The position numbers and the translations under genes are program-made. This document shows, piece after piece, positions 38,773-51,197 of a stretch of DNA of 64,000 bases. The stretch spans positions 1 through 64,000 of the forward strand of contig JAVKIP010000017.1 of NCBI GenBank assembly GCA_031459385.1, given 5' to 3'. Origin of the DNA: Candidatus Fervidifonticultor secundus (GTDB lineage: Bacteria; Sysuimicrobiota; Sysuimicrobiia; Sysuimicrobiales; Humicultoraceae). The first letter of the stretch is position 1; each line of letters begins with the position of its first letter. The notes beneath the pieces were generated by a model, which worked only from the letters and a program-made list of their open reading frames with translations, ran no database searches and was not told the origin of the DNA.

Positions 38773-39695
38773 GCGCCCGGGCGCTGGCGGCGCGGCTGGC
38801 GGGCTTTTTGCTGCTCCTGTGGTTCGTCGCGACGGTGACCTTCCTGCTGATGTTCGCCGTGCCCCAGGATCCCGGCGCGGCCATCGCGGGGCCGCAGGCC
38901 ACCCCGGAGGTTACCGAGAACCTCCGGCGGCTCCTCGGGCTCGACCGGCCGCTGCACGTGCAGTACGGCCGCTACGTGTGGCGCCTGCTGCACGGTGACC
39001 TGGGGCGGTCGTACGTCTTCGGCCGGCCCGTGGGCGAGCTCCTGCGCATCCACCTCTGGCCGTCGGTGCAGCTGGCGCTGGCCTGTATCGTGGCCGAGGC
39101 GGCGCTTGGCCTGCCCGTCGGCATCATCTCGGCGACCCGGCCTGGCAGCCGGTTCGACCGCATCGCGATGGTGACGACCCTGGTGACGCTGGGCCTGCCG
39201 CACTTCTGGATCGGGCTGTTCCTGCTCTACCTGGTGGGCGCGCGGCTGGGCTGGCTGCCGCTGGGGGGCTACGGCGGGGTACGCCACCTCGTGCTGCCTG
39301 CGCTCGCGGTGGGCATCGCCTACGCCGGGTGGTACGCGCGCGTGATCCGTTCGACGCTGCTGGACGTGCTGGGCCGCGACTTCGTGCGCACGGCCCGCAG
39401 CAAGGGGCTCTCCGAGCGGGTGGTGATCACGCGGCACGCGCTGCGGAACGCGTTGATCCCGGTGGTGACGATGTGGGGCCTCGACTTCGCCAACTTCGTG
39501 GGCGGGCTGGTCGTCATCGAGGCCGTCTTCGGCTGGCCCGGGCTCGGCGCCCAGATGGTCGAGGCCGTGCTGCGCTTCGACGTGCCGCTGGCCATGGGGA
39601 CGGTGCTGGTGGGCGCGGCGGTGGTCGGCGCCGTGAACCTGCTGCTCGATCTGATCTACCCGGTGCTCGACCCGCGGCTGCGGGCCCACGGCTGA
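38769..39695 (+). CDS. Peptide/nickel ABC permease (DppB/OppB type)
   Basis: GDLGRS, DFVRTARSKGL, HALRNAL, FGWPGLG, LDPR. Confidence 0.9.
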   Translation: MSARALAARLAGFLLLLWFVATVTFLLMFAVPQDPGAAIAGPQATPEVTENLRRLLGLDRPLHVQYGRYVWRLLHGDLGRSYVFGRPVGELLRIHLWPSVQLALACIVAEAALGLPVGIISATRPGSRFDRIAMVTTLVTLGLPHFWIGLFLLYLVGARLGWLPLGGYGGVRHLVLPALAVGIAYAGWYARVIRSTLLDVLGRDFVRTARSKGLSERVVITRHALRNALIPVVTMWGLDFANFVGGLVVIEAVFGWPGLGAQMVEAVLRFDVPLAMGTVLVGAAVVGAVNLLLDLIYPVLDPRLRAHG

Positions 39696-39764
39696 CTGCG
39701 GCCGCGGCCCCGGGGCTGACTGCGGCTGTGGCCCCAGGGCCGACTGCGGCCGCCCCCAGGGCTG
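39691..39764 (+). repeat. ~24-bp imperfect tandem repeat x3 starting at the permease stop codon
   Basis: GCTGACTGCGGCCGCGGCCCCGGG / GCTGACTGCGGCTGTGGCCCCAGG / GCCGACTGCGGCCGCCCCCAGG. Confidence 0.7.
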
Positions 39765-39862
39765 CCCGGCCGCTCGCCGCGCCCGTACCAGGCTTCGCCC
39801 GGCGCGGGGGTCGAAGCGGCGGTCGGGCGGACGCCGGTTGGTCCTGGGCGCGTCTTGTGTTT

Positions 39863-41848
39863 CTACAGCAGGCGCCGCGGGATCGTCCGCTGCCAGCGGA
39901 ACTCCCGGTACGGCGCGCCGTCGCGGCTCACCGCCAGCCGCAGGTCCAGGTGGAACTCCGCGGCCGTGCCGCGCAGCTCGGCCTCCGCCGTCGCCTCCAC
40001 CTCGAGCCCCGGCCGGCGCAGCGTGCGGCGGTCCCAGCCCAGCGCGCGGGTTGCTGCCGGATCGTCGGCCGGGGTGCGCACCTCGGTGCGGTGGGCCGCG
40101 GTCAGCACCGTGACGCCGTCCGGATGATAGACGGTCTCGCCCTGCTCCCGCCGCGCGATCATCGTACGGCGGGCGATGTCGTACTCGACCGACAGTGCCG
40201 CCGGCCGGATCTCGTGTCGGAAGCGCGAGCGCCGCCGGGGCGGCGGCAGCGGGGCAGGCGCCGTGCGGTGCGGCGACGGCCCGATCACGACCGGCAGCGT
40301 GAGTTCGCTTGGCGCAGCGGAGCCCGTGTGCACACGCAGCACCCCCGGCTGCGGCGCGGGCCACACCTCCGGGAAGTCGGCCCCACAGATCGCCAGCCGG
40401 ATGCGGTGTCCCCTGGGGAAGGTCCACGAGGTGGCGTCCAGGTCGAGCGTGACCGGATGCGCGACGTCCGGCTCGACCGGGTCGGCGCGATCCATGCCGT
40501 GCCGCCGCGTCAGGTTGAGCAGGCCCTTCGTGACCAGGACCGACGCGCCGTCGGAGGCCACGTCGCACAGGCGCGCCGCCAGGTGCGCGACCTCCATCGT
40601 GGTCGAGACGTACAGCACGACGCGCGGGCACCCCAGGATCTCCACGGCCGTCATCAGGGGTTTCGAGGTGTAGACGAGGGAGAACGCCTCGTTGACCCCC
40701 TGCTCGCCCCACTGGATGCCGCCACCGGCGAAGCCCAGGTCGGCGATCCCGACAAAGGGCACGTAGGGCTTCTCGGCGACGACGTCGGCCACCGGTGGGC
40801 TCGCGGCCAGGTCGCCGCGCGCGCCCAGGTACCAGGTGCGCGGCCGCGCGCGGGACGGCGGGATCCCGTCCTCGAAGCGCCACGCTCCGGGCGCCACCGC
40901 CGCCACCGCGCCCGGCCGCCGGCTATGCTGCGCGTACACCGTGATCGGCGGTTCGTCCCGGATGCCCGTGGGCTCACCGGCCAGGAACTCGGTGAACCAC
41001 CGGGCGACCTCGCGCATGTAGTCGATGCGCGGGCCCGGGTGCGCCGCATCGGGCGGCACATGCGGCCAGGGTCCCATGATGAGCTTCTTGGGCACCTGCA
41101 GGTGCGCGAACCACCGCAGCGCCGCGTTCACGTAGAAGTCGGCCCACCCACCGATGATGAGCGTGGGCACCGTGACCTGGGCGTACCGCCGGCCGAGCGT
41201 CGACCGCCAGTAGGGCCCGTCGCACTGCTCCTCCAGCCACCGGATCAGCCAGGGGACGGTCCCGTCCAGCCGCTGCGCCCAGAGGGTCTCCCAGTCACCG
41301 TCCGAGCCCTCGGGGTACGGCGGCAGGGCGTTGCGCGTCACCATGCCCAGGGCGTACGGCCCGATCACGCTCCACCCGGCCAGCGCGCCCCCCCGGAAGT
41401 GCATGTCGTCGGTGTAGCGGTCGTCGGTGGCGTAGATCGGCGCGATGGCGCCCAGCGAGGGCGGCTGGCGCTGCGCGATCTGGAGCGCGGTGAACCCGGC
41501 GTAGGAGGTGCCCCACAGGCCCGTGCGCCCATTGCACCACGGCTGCGCTGCCAGCCACGCCAGCGCGTCGCAGCCGTCGTCCTGTTCCTGGGGAGACTGG
41601 TACTCGTCGGCGGCCAGGCCGCCGCTGCCGCCTGTCCCGCGGACGTCGAGCTGCACCGACGCGATGCCGCGCTCGGCCAGGTAGAAGTGGCCGAAGTCGC
41701 GGGCGGCCCCGCGGAAGTCATCAGCACGGTAGGGCGTGTACTCGACCACGGCGGGCACGGGCCGGTGGGTCACCGGCAGGAAGAGTACCGCCGAGAGGCG
41801 CACGCCATCGCGGGTGGGGATCAGCAGCCGCCGGACGTCGACGTCCAC
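39863..41848 (-). CDS. CocE/NonD-family (S15) serine hydrolase
   Basis: RDGVRL, YTPY, DVRGTGGS, WGTSY, GWAD, GPWPH, C-terminal PepX-like domain. Confidence 0.88.
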   Translation of the reverse strand: MDVDVRRLLIPTRDGVRLSAVLFLPVTHRPVPAVVEYTPYRADDFRGAARDFGHFYLAERGIASVQLDVRGTGGSGGLAADEYQSPQEQDDGCDALAWLAAQPWCNGRTGLWGTSYAGFTALQIAQRQPPSLGAIAPIYATDDRYTDDMHFRGGALAGWSVIGPYALGMVTRNALPPYPEGSDGDWETLWAQRLDGTVPWLIRWLEEQCDGPYWRSTLGRRYAQVTVPTLIIGGWADFYVNAALRWFAHLQVPKKLIMGPWPHVPPDAAHPGPRIDYMREVARWFTEFLAGEPTGIRDEPPITVYAQHSRRPGAVAAVAPGAWRFEDGIPPSRARPRTWYLGARGDLAASPPVADVVAEKPYVPFVGIADLGFAGGGIQWGEQGVNEAFSLVYTSKPLMTAVEILGCPRVVLYVSTTMEVAHLAARLCDVASDGASVLVTKGLLNLTRRHGMDRADPVEPDVAHPVTLDLDATSWTFPRGHRIRLAICGADFPEVWPAPQPGVLRVHTGSAAPSELTLPVVIGPSPHRTAPAPLPPPRRRSRFRHEIRPAALSVEYDIARRTMIARREQGETVYHPDGVTVLTAAHRTEVRTPADDPAATRALGWDRRTLRRPGLEVEATAEAELRGTAAEFHLDLRLAVSRDGAPYREFRWQRTIPRRLL

Positions 41849-41857
41849 GTCCTGAAT

Positions 41858-43465
41858 TTAGCGGGCCAGCGCCACCTCCTGGAAGATGGGCGCGTTGTAG
41901 ATCGGGTGCCAGACGAACTGCCCCACGCGGGGCGAGCGCAGGTGCATCGTACGCGTGATCACCAGCGGGATGATCGGCAGGTCCTCCAGCGCCAGCCGGT
42001 TGATCTGGCGGTAGTACCGGCACCGCACCGCGGGCGACGCGGTCCGCTCGGCCTGCCGGAAGAGGCGATCCACTTCGGGATTGGCGTAGCGCGCACGGCG
42101 GGCGTTGGCACCGTCGCTCACCAGCAGGGTGCCGACGTGGTCCACCGGGTCGAGGAACGAGGCACCCCAGCCGTTGAGGGCCAGCACGCTGGCGCCGTCG
42201 GCGAGCATGCGGTTGAGGATCCCGCCCGTGAAGCGGCGGATCTCGGCACGGATCCCGACCTGCGCGAACGCCTGCTGCAGCACCTGCTGCCACTCCGCAG
42301 AGAACGGGATACTGCCGGTCGTGGACGAGTCGAGGTTGACGCTGAAGCCACTCACCCCGGCCTCCGCCAGCAGGGCGCGCGCCCGCGCGGGGTCGTACGC
42401 GGGCACGGCAGAGGCGGGGTCGTGGCAGGAGATCTGCGGCAGCAGGTAGCCGTTCGCCGGCAGCCCCAGGCCGCCGGCCACCTGGATCAGCCGGTCGCGG
42501 TCGACCAGGTGCGCCAGGGCCCGGCGCACGCGCACGTCGTGGAAGGGCGCCGCCTGGGTGTTCATGAGCAGGAACGTCAGGTAGACGTTGTTGGCGACGA
42601 AGACCAGCGGGCCGAGCCGGGGATCAGTGCGGGCCCGCTGTACGTCCTGCGGGGCCACGCCGTCGGCCAGGTAGTCGACCTCGCCACGCTCGAACCGCAG
42701 CAGCCCCACGCTCGGGTCGACGCCGAACCGGTAGACCACCCGGTCCAGGTAGGGCAGGCCAGGGCGGAAGTACTCCCGGTGCCGGACGAACACGATCTCC
42801 TGTCCAGGGGTCCAGCGTTCCAGGCGGAAGGGCCCGGTGCCGACCGGGTGCAGCCGGAAGTCGGGACCCCACCGCTCCACCTCCTCGCGGGGCACCACGG
42901 CGTTGATGGACATCGAGAGGATCGACGGGAACGCCGCCTGCGGCTGCTCCAGCGTGATGCGCACCGTCTCGTCGTCGACCACCTCGATGCCGGGCATCTG
43001 GGTGGCCTGGCCGGCGATGACGTCCCTGGCGCCCACGATGTTCGCGGCGAACGACGGCCCCCACGACCGCGCCGAGGGATGCGCCTGCCGTTCCAGCGAG
43101 AACTTGACGTCCGCTGCGGTCATCTCGCGCCCGTGGTGGAAGCGGACTCCCCGGCGCAACGGCACGGTCAGCACGCGGCCATTGGGGCTGACCCGCGGCG
43201 GGCCCGCGGCCAGGTCGGGAACCAGGCGGCCGTCTGCGGTGTAGGCGTAGAGCGTGTTGTAGAGGAGCAGACCCACCATGCGCCAGTCGGTGCCGGCCGA
43301 CGCGCTGGGCGGGTCGAGGCTCTCCACGTTCCCGGCGCGGTAGACGGCCACGAACTCGCCGCCCCGGCGCGGCGTGGGGGCCCCGGCCACCGGCAGCGCG
43401 GCCGCCAGCAGCAAGACCCCCGCCACGACGACGGCCAGACGGTGGCCGGAACTGGTGGCACGCAC
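41858..43465 (-). CDS. ABC substrate-binding protein, family 5
   Basis: Signal peptide, [28 protein letters not shown]. Confidence 0.9.
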   Translation of the reverse strand: MRATSSGHRLAVVVAGVLLLAAALPVAGAPTPRRGGEFVAVYRAGNVESLDPPSASAGTDWRMVGLLLYNTLYAYTADGRLVPDLAAGPPRVSPNGRVLTVPLRRGVRFHHGREMTAADVKFSLERQAHPSARSWGPSFAANIVGARDVIAGQATQMPGIEVVDDETVRITLEQPQAAFPSILSMSINAVVPREEVERWGPDFRLHPVGTGPFRLERWTPGQEIVFVRHREYFRPGLPYLDRVVYRFGVDPSVGLLRFERGEVDYLADGVAPQDVQRARTDPRLGPLVFVANNVYLTFLLMNTQAAPFHDVRVRRALAHLVDRDRLIQVAGGLGLPANGYLLPQISCHDPASAVPAYDPARARALLAEAGVSGFSVNLDSSTTGSIPFSAEWQQVLQQAFAQVGIRAEIRRFTGGILNRMLADGASVLALNGWGASFLDPVDHVGTLLVSDGANARRARYANPEVDRLFRQAERTASPAVRCRYYRQINRLALEDLPIIPLVITRTMHLRSPRVGQFVWHPIYNAPIFQEVALAR

Positions 43466-43587
43466 GACGTCGTCCTCCCTCCAGGGCGCTGGAGGAGGTG
43501 TTCCGCCCCGGTGCGGCCTTCTCCTGTGCGCGCCGCTGCCAGCGTCCCGCGGTGGCCCGGAGCATGTCCTGGTACAATAGTACGGAG

Positions 43588-45621
<2,034 letters not shown>

Positions 45622-45627
45622 GGGCGC

Positions 45628-47223
45628 ATGCCTTCGGACCTCTGGCGCGCGACAGCGGCGGCGCTGCCGCTCGTCGTGCTGCTCGTGGGCCTGCTGCGGT
45701 TTGGGTGGAGCGGCGCCCGGGCCGGGTCCGCGGCGCTGCTCGTGGCGACGGCGACCGCTGCCACGATCTTCGCCACGCCGCCGGCGGTGCTCGCCGTGGC
45801 CCTGGCGCGTGCGGGCGCGCTGGCCCTGCACGTGCTCTACATCATCTGGGCGGCGCTGCTCCTCTACCGGCTGGCCGAGGCCACGGGCGCCATCCGCAGC
45901 ATCGGCCAGGCCGTGGCGCACCTCACCGAGGACCACATCCTCCAGCTGCTCATCGTGGGGTTCGCCTTCAGCTCGTTCCTGCAGGGCGTGGCGGGCTTCG
46001 GTGTGCCCGTGGCCGTCACCGCGCCCCTGCTCGTGGGCCTCGGGTTCCGCCCGCTGGAGGCCGCGGCGGTGCCGCTCGTGGGGCACGCCTGGGCCGTCAC
46101 GTTGGGCGACATGGCGTCCTCCTTCCAGGCGCTGCGTGCGGTCACCGGCCTGCCGCCGCGCCAGCTCGGTGTCTGGATCGCCGCCCTGCTGGGCCTGGCG
46201 GCTGTCGCGACCGGCTTCGCCATCGCCCACCTGCACGCGGGCTCGCGGCCCTTCCGCCGGGCGTTCGGCGCGATACTGGTGCTGGGCGTCTCGATGGGCG
46301 GCGTGCAGCTCCTGCTGGCTGTAGCGCAGCGGTGGATCATCGCGTCGTTCGGGGCGGGCATGGTCGGGCTGGTAACGGGCATGGGCCTCGCGCGGCTCGC
46401 GCGCCGGCGCGGGCCCGGGCTCTTCGGTGTGCTCCCGGCCTGGCCGCCGCCGGAGGGCCGTCGCGAACCCCCGCGGCCGGCGCCGCCGGGGGAACCCGCC
46501 CTGTCGTTCCACGCGGCGTTCCTTCCCTACTATGTGCTCATCGTCGTGGTGGGTGCGGCCACGCTGGTCTCGCCGCTGCACCGCTGGCTGGAACGCGTGG
46601 TACTGGCGGTGCGCTTCCCGGCCACGGTGACCGGGCTCGGCTGGCAGACCGCCGCCGCCGTCTTCGACCTGGCCGTCATCGGGCATCCCGGCGCGCTACT
46701 GGTCTATACGACGGTGATCGCCGCGCTGCTCTTTCGGTGGCTGGGCCACCGCCTGCCGTCGCGGCGGGACCTCTGGGACGGCGTGGCCGCCCAGGGCGTG
46801 CCGACGACGTGGACGATCCTCGCGCTGGTCGGTGTGGCGATGGTGATGACCTACAGCGGGATGACGTTCCTGCTGGCGCGGACCGTCGCGCGGGCGGTGG
46901 GTCCCGTGTACCCCTTCCTGTCGCCCTTCGTGGGCCTGCTCGGCACCGTGGTCACCGGCAGCAACACCAACTCGAACGTGCTGTTCGGCGCGCTCCAGCG
47001 CGACGCCGCGGGCCTGCTGGCGATGGATCCCGTGCTGATGGCGGCGCTGCAGTCGGCCGGCGGGGCGCTGGGCTCGATGGTCGCGCCGGCGAAGGTGGTG
47101 CTGGCCACGGCGACGACAGGGCTGACGGGGCAGGAGGGGGTCGTCATCCGCCGCACGCTGCCCTATGCCCTGGGCATGGCGGCCGGGCTGGGGGCCGCGG
47201 GTCTGGTGCTGGAGGTCTGGTGA
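45628..47223 (+). CDS. L-lactate permease (LctP family)
   Basis: FSSFLQGVAGFGVP, TGSNTNSNVLFGALQ; multi-TM. Confidence 0.82.
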   Translation: MPSDLWRATAAALPLVVLLVGLLRFGWSGARAGSAALLVATATAATIFATPPAVLAVALARAGALALHVLYIIWAALLLYRLAEATGAIRSIGQAVAHLTEDHILQLLIVGFAFSSFLQGVAGFGVPVAVTAPLLVGLGFRPLEAAAVPLVGHAWAVTLGDMASSFQALRAVTGLPPRQLGVWIAALLGLAAVATGFAIAHLHAGSRPFRRAFGAILVLGVSMGGVQLLLAVAQRWIIASFGAGMVGLVTGMGLARLARRRGPGLFGVLPAWPPPEGRREPPRPAPPGEPALSFHAAFLPYYVLIVVVGAATLVSPLHRWLERVVLAVRFPATVTGLGWQTAAAVFDLAVIGHPGALLVYTTVIAALLFRWLGHRLPSRRDLWDGVAAQGVPTTWTILALVGVAMVMTYSGMTFLLARTVARAVGPVYPFLSPFVGLLGTVVTGSNTNSNVLFGALQRDAAGLLAMDPVLMAALQSAGGALGSMVAPAKVVLATATTGLTGQEGVVIRRTLPYALGMAAGLGAAGLVLEVW

Positions 47224-47309
47224 ACCCCACGGCCGGCTGCCCTGCGGGGCACTCCCTGGTGGGCGGCAGCGCGCCGGGGCGTTCTCGGGTGGGCAGCGCG
47301 CCTGGGCGC

Positions 47310-48488
47310 TCAGAAGTTGACGGCCTTGAAGTAGTTCACCCGCCCGTACTTGTAGTACGTGCCGACTCCGGGCACGGCGTCGGTGTTTTGCTCGATCCGC
47401 GACCGCACGCACGAGGCCGAGGCGCACGCCGCGCGCGCCCGGGCCCACACCAGCCCGGCCAGCCCGGTCACGTGGGGCGTGGCCATCGACGTGCCGGCCC
47501 AGCCCTCGTAGCGGTCCGGCGGGACCGTCGAGACGATGTCGACCCCGGGCGCGACCACGTCGACCCAGCTGGCGCCGTAGTTGGAGAACCACGCCTTGTT
47601 GTCGTTCTGGTCGCTGGCCGCGACGGCGATGCAGCGGTCGTAGGCCGCCGGGTAGAGCTTCCAGTTCATGCCGTCGTTGCCCGCGGCGCACGCGAGCACC
47701 GCGCCCTTGTTCCAGGCGTAGTTCACCGCGTTCTTCAACGTGTTCGAGGGCAGGTACCCTCCCAGGCTGATGTTGATGCAAATCGCGCCCTGGTCCGCCG
47801 ACCAGGTGATCCCGCTGGCCACGGCGGCGTAGGTGCCCGAGCCGGAGCGGCTCAGGACCTTCGCCGCGATCAGCGCCACGGTCCAGTTGGCGCCGGCGAC
47901 GCCGCTCGTGTTGTTCGTCAGCGCCCCCACCGTCCCGGCGACGTGGGTGCCATGGCCGTTGTCGTCGGATGCGTCGTCGTCGTTGTTGACGAAGTCACGC
48001 TGCGCGACGGGCGCCGGGAGGTCAAGGTGCGGTCCCACCCCGGTATCCACGATGGCGCACCTCACGGTGCCGGACCCGGTGGTGAGATCCCAGGCCTGCG
48101 GCGCGCTCACCTTTGGCCAGGCCCACTGCTGGTTGTAGAGAGAATCGTTGGGCGTCCAGACGGCGTGCGCGATGCCGTTGGGCTCTGCGTACTCCACCAG
48201 CGGATGCCGCGAGAGCGCCTGCACCATGCGCTCGACGGTACCCGCCGGAATCCTGAAGACGTGCACGCCGATGGCATCCACGCTCCCGCCGACGGCGGCC
48301 CCGATGGAGCGTGCGAACACCTGGGGGTTGACGCGTGTGTCTGAGCGGAACTTCACGAGGATCTCGTCGGAGACGAACTGCGGGGGCGGACTGGCCGGCC
48401 GGGGCGCGGAGGGCGCGCCGCTGCTCCCCCCGAGCATGGCGACCAGCAGCACTGCCGCTGCGGTGACCGCGAGCATCCCGCGACGCAT
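47310..48488 (-). CDS. Secreted S8 subtilase (thermitase-like)
   Basis: Catalytic triad IVDTG, HGTHVAG, GTSMATPH; signal peptide and propeptide. Confidence 0.93.
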   Translation of the reverse strand: MRRGMLAVTAAAVLLVAMLGGSSGAPSAPRPASPPPQFVSDEILVKFRSDTRVNPQVFARSIGAAVGGSVDAIGVHVFRIPAGTVERMVQALSRHPLVEYAEPNGIAHAVWTPNDSLYNQQWAWPKVSAPQAWDLTTGSGTVRCAIVDTGVGPHLDLPAPVAQRDFVNNDDDASDDNGHGTHVAGTVGALTNNTSGVAGANWTVALIAAKVLSRSGSGTYAAVASGITWSADQGAICINISLGGYLPSNTLKNAVNYAWNKGAVLACAAGNDGMNWKLYPAAYDRCIAVAASDQNDNKAWFSNYGASWVDVVAPGVDIVSTVPPDRYEGWAGTSMATPHVTGLAGLVWARARAACASASCVRSRIEQNTDAVPGVGTYYKYGRVNYFKAVNF

Positions 48489-48698
48489 CGCCGTTCCCCC
48501 CATCTGGCCGGCCTGGACCTCGCGCCCGATCGCACGCAAGGCGCCCCTTCAACGCCGCCGACGCCGATCGCACGCCGGCCGCCCGTCCGGAGCCGCCCAC
48601 CCCGAGTCCGTAACGTCTATCGAATCACGACACGTCGGGCCTGTCAACGCCAGTTCGCCAGCGCTTTCCGCCAGTACAGGGTAGAATACGGGCAGGCT

Positions 48699-50129
48699 AT
48701 GGTGTGGGTTCTCCACGGCCGGCGGCGTGGCCCAGGGGCACCAGGGGCGGGAAGGGGAACCGCCCTCGTGGCGGTGCTCGTCGTACTGCTGCTGGCTACG
48801 GGGCTGTCGTCGTCGTTTGTGTGGTTCTTCCAGCGCCAGCAGACCCGCGCCGGTATCCGGTACCGGTCGGCTGTTGCGCTCGCTGCGGCCGAGGCTGGCG
48901 TCCATCGGGCGCTCGGGGTGCTGGAGTCGGTTGCGCCAGACGGCTGGTCCCCCGGTCACCTGTGGCGTCCCCACGCCCACGCCGAGGCGTACCGGATCGG
49001 GGCCCTGGAAGCCCGGTCGGTCGTCTCGATCAGCGAGGAGGCCGACGGTGCGCTCCTCGTGACCGGCACCGGCGAGGCCGGTGGGGTCACCAGGCGGCTG
49101 CGGGCACGCGTCCACCTGGCCTCACCAGCGCTGCTGACCGGCCTGTACGCGGCCAGCCTGGTGCGCCTGGAGGAGCGCCCCGCGGCCACGGTGGTCCTCC
49201 CCTACGGACGCGGGATCGGCGACCGCCCGTGGATCCACATCGCTGCCGGGCAGGGTGTCTGGTTCGCCACCGGCAACGTCTCCATCAACGATCCGTCGGT
49301 CAGGCTGTCGGTCGGCCCTGGCCCCATGGACCCGCCCGGCGAGCCGCCTGACGCCCCCCGCGCCGGACCCGTCCGGCTCCTGCTGGCGCGCCGCGCCGAG
49401 CTGACCCTCGGATGGGACCGACAGCGGGTCGAGTTGCCGTTCCTGCGCGCGGCGGGCATCCATGTGGAAGGCGTGGTGTTCCGCGGCGAGGCGCTGCCAG
49501 GGCTGCCGGAGGTGGACCGCGCCCACTACCGGGCGCGCGCCGGGGCCAACCGGCTGAACGCGCCGGTGCACCGGGCCGCGGGGGAGTTCCTGGGCGATGT
49601 GGCCCTGGCAGACAAGCCCGACAGCGTCTACACGCCCGACGAACTGCGCCGCCTGCTCACCTACTTCCGCGACGCGCGCGCGGTGCCGCGGCTGGCCGGT
49701 GTCATCTACCTGCAGGGGGGCATCGAGCTGGTCGGCGGCCAGCGCCTGGAGATCACCGACGGCACGCTGGTGGCGGAGAGCACGGTGCACCTCATCGAGG
49801 GCGCGTCGCTGGAGATCCTGCACTCGCCCGCGACACGCACGTGGCCCGGCCTGGTGGTGCTCGACGACGGTGCCCTGCTCCTGGCCCAGGGCGCGCGCCT
49901 GCGTGTGCACGGACTCGTCTACGTCAGCCGGCTCCTCGATGCGGGCGACGGCGTGACGGTGGACGTCGTCGGCGCGGTGCTCGCCGGGGATACCCGGCAC
50001 AGCGTGCGCAACCGCGCGGCGACCGTGGTGATTCGCTACGACCCCGCGGTGATGGGTACGCCGGGGCTGCGCCTGCCGCCGGGGACGCAGCCGGTGGTCT
50101 GGGTGGCGTCGTGGGAAGAGCTGCCCTGA
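48699..50129 (+). CDS. PilX-like protein (N-terminal prepilin-like segment)
   Basis: G|TALVAVLVVLLL hydrophobic start and ALAAAEAG motif; C-terminal beta-rich region ending WEEL. Confidence 0.55.
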   Translation: MVWVLHGRRRGPGAPGAGRGTALVAVLVVLLLATGLSSSFVWFFQRQQTRAGIRYRSAVALAAAEAGVHRALGVLESVAPDGWSPGHLWRPHAHAEAYRIGALEARSVVSISEEADGALLVTGTGEAGGVTRRLRARVHLASPALLTGLYAASLVRLEERPAATVVLPYGRGIGDRPWIHIAAGQGVWFATGNVSINDPSVRLSVGPGPMDPPGEPPDAPRAGPVRLLLARRAELTLGWDRQRVELPFLRAAGIHVEGVVFRGEALPGLPEVDRAHYRARAGANRLNAPVHRAAGEFLGDVALADKPDSVYTPDELRRLLTYFRDARAVPRLAGVIYLQGGIELVGGQRLEITDGTLVAESTVHLIEGASLEILHSPATRTWPGLVVLDDGALLLAQGARLRVHGLVYVSRLLDAGDGVTVDVVGAVLAGDTRHSVRNRAATVVIRYDPAVMGTPGLRLPPGTQPVVWVASWEELP

Positions 50130-50174
50130 GCCGGCGCGCAGGCGCGCTGGCTGCCGGCCCCGGCCCGCTGAGGG

Positions 50175-51197
50175 TCAGCGCGTGGGTGCCAGCGCGTCCA
50201 GCACGCGCTGGATCTGGTGGCGCGCGGCCGGCCGCAGCAGCGGCAGGCGCACGCCGGCGTCGCGGTAGGCCTGGATCCGCTGGGGCACATCGTCGGCGGT
50301 GCCGCAGGCGGTGAGCCCCTCCACGTAGGCCCGGGGCATCGCGCGGGCCAGCCCCACCAGTCCGCCCTGCGCGAACGCCGCCCGGAACGCCGGCAGGTCG
50401 GCCTCGTCGATGACCGGCTCACCCACCGAGGTGCGGATGCGGGCGTTGTACGCCATGCGGCCAGGGTGGAACTTGCTGGCGACCTCCCACCGGATCGCGT
50501 CGACCGCCGCTTCGCGGGTCGCCTCGATCGACGTCGGGATGAGGGCCGCCACCTCGAACCTCGCCCAGTCGCGCCCGGCCTCTTCGACCGCCTGCCGCAC
50601 GATGCGCACGGCGTTGGCGACGTAGGCCGGGGAGGTGACGGCGTTCAGCAGCACGCCGTCGCCGATCTCGCCGGCCAGACGCAGGCCGGTGCGGCTGGTG
50701 GCCGCGATCCACACCGGCACGGACCCCCGGGGCGGCGTCCAGGCCAGCCGCACGTTGTCCAGCCGCACCACCTGCCCGGCGAAGCTCACGCGCTCGCCGG
50801 TCAGCAGCAGCCGGACTGCCGCCACCCACTCGCGGAGGGCCACCGCGGGATCGGCCGGCAGCAGACCGTGCAGGCGCGCGTGGTGTCGAGTGCACGCGCC
50901 CGCAGCCAGCACCAGCCGTCCCTCGGCCAGCTCGTCGAGGGAGGCCAGCGTCTGCGCCATCACGATGGGAGTGCGCAGCCGGACCACCTGGGTGGCCCCC
51001 AGCCGCAGCCGCCGCGTGGCGCCGGCGAAGACTGCCAGAGCGCTCACCGAGTCGCGCACCAGGTTGATCGTCTCGGAGAAGAAGCCACACGCGTACCCGC
51101 GCGCGTCGGCTTCCTGCATCCAGTGCGCCATCTCCCGGAGGGGCATGGCCGAATCGTAGCCCAGGGCGAAGCCGGTCCGCACGGGCTCCGCGCGCAC
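50175..51197 (-). CDS. LLM-class flavin/F420-dependent oxidoreductase
   Basis: ATRRLRLG, TLASLDELAEGRLVL, PVWIAA, AGEIGDG, CGTADD. Confidence 0.85.
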   Translation of the reverse strand: MRAEPVRTGFALGYDSAMPLREMAHWMQEADARGYACGFFSETINLVRDSVSALAVFAGATRRLRLGATQVVRLRTPIVMAQTLASLDELAEGRLVLAAGACTRHHARLHGLLPADPAVALREWVAAVRLLLTGERVSFAGQVVRLDNVRLAWTPPRGSVPVWIAATSRTGLRLAGEIGDGVLLNAVTSPAYVANAVRIVRQAVEEAGRDWARFEVAALIPTSIEATREAAVDAIRWEVASKFHPGRMAYNARIRTSVGEPVIDEADLPAFRAAFAQGGLVGLARAMPRAYVEGLTACGTADDVPQRIQAYRDAGVRLPLLRPAARHQIQRVLDALAPTR

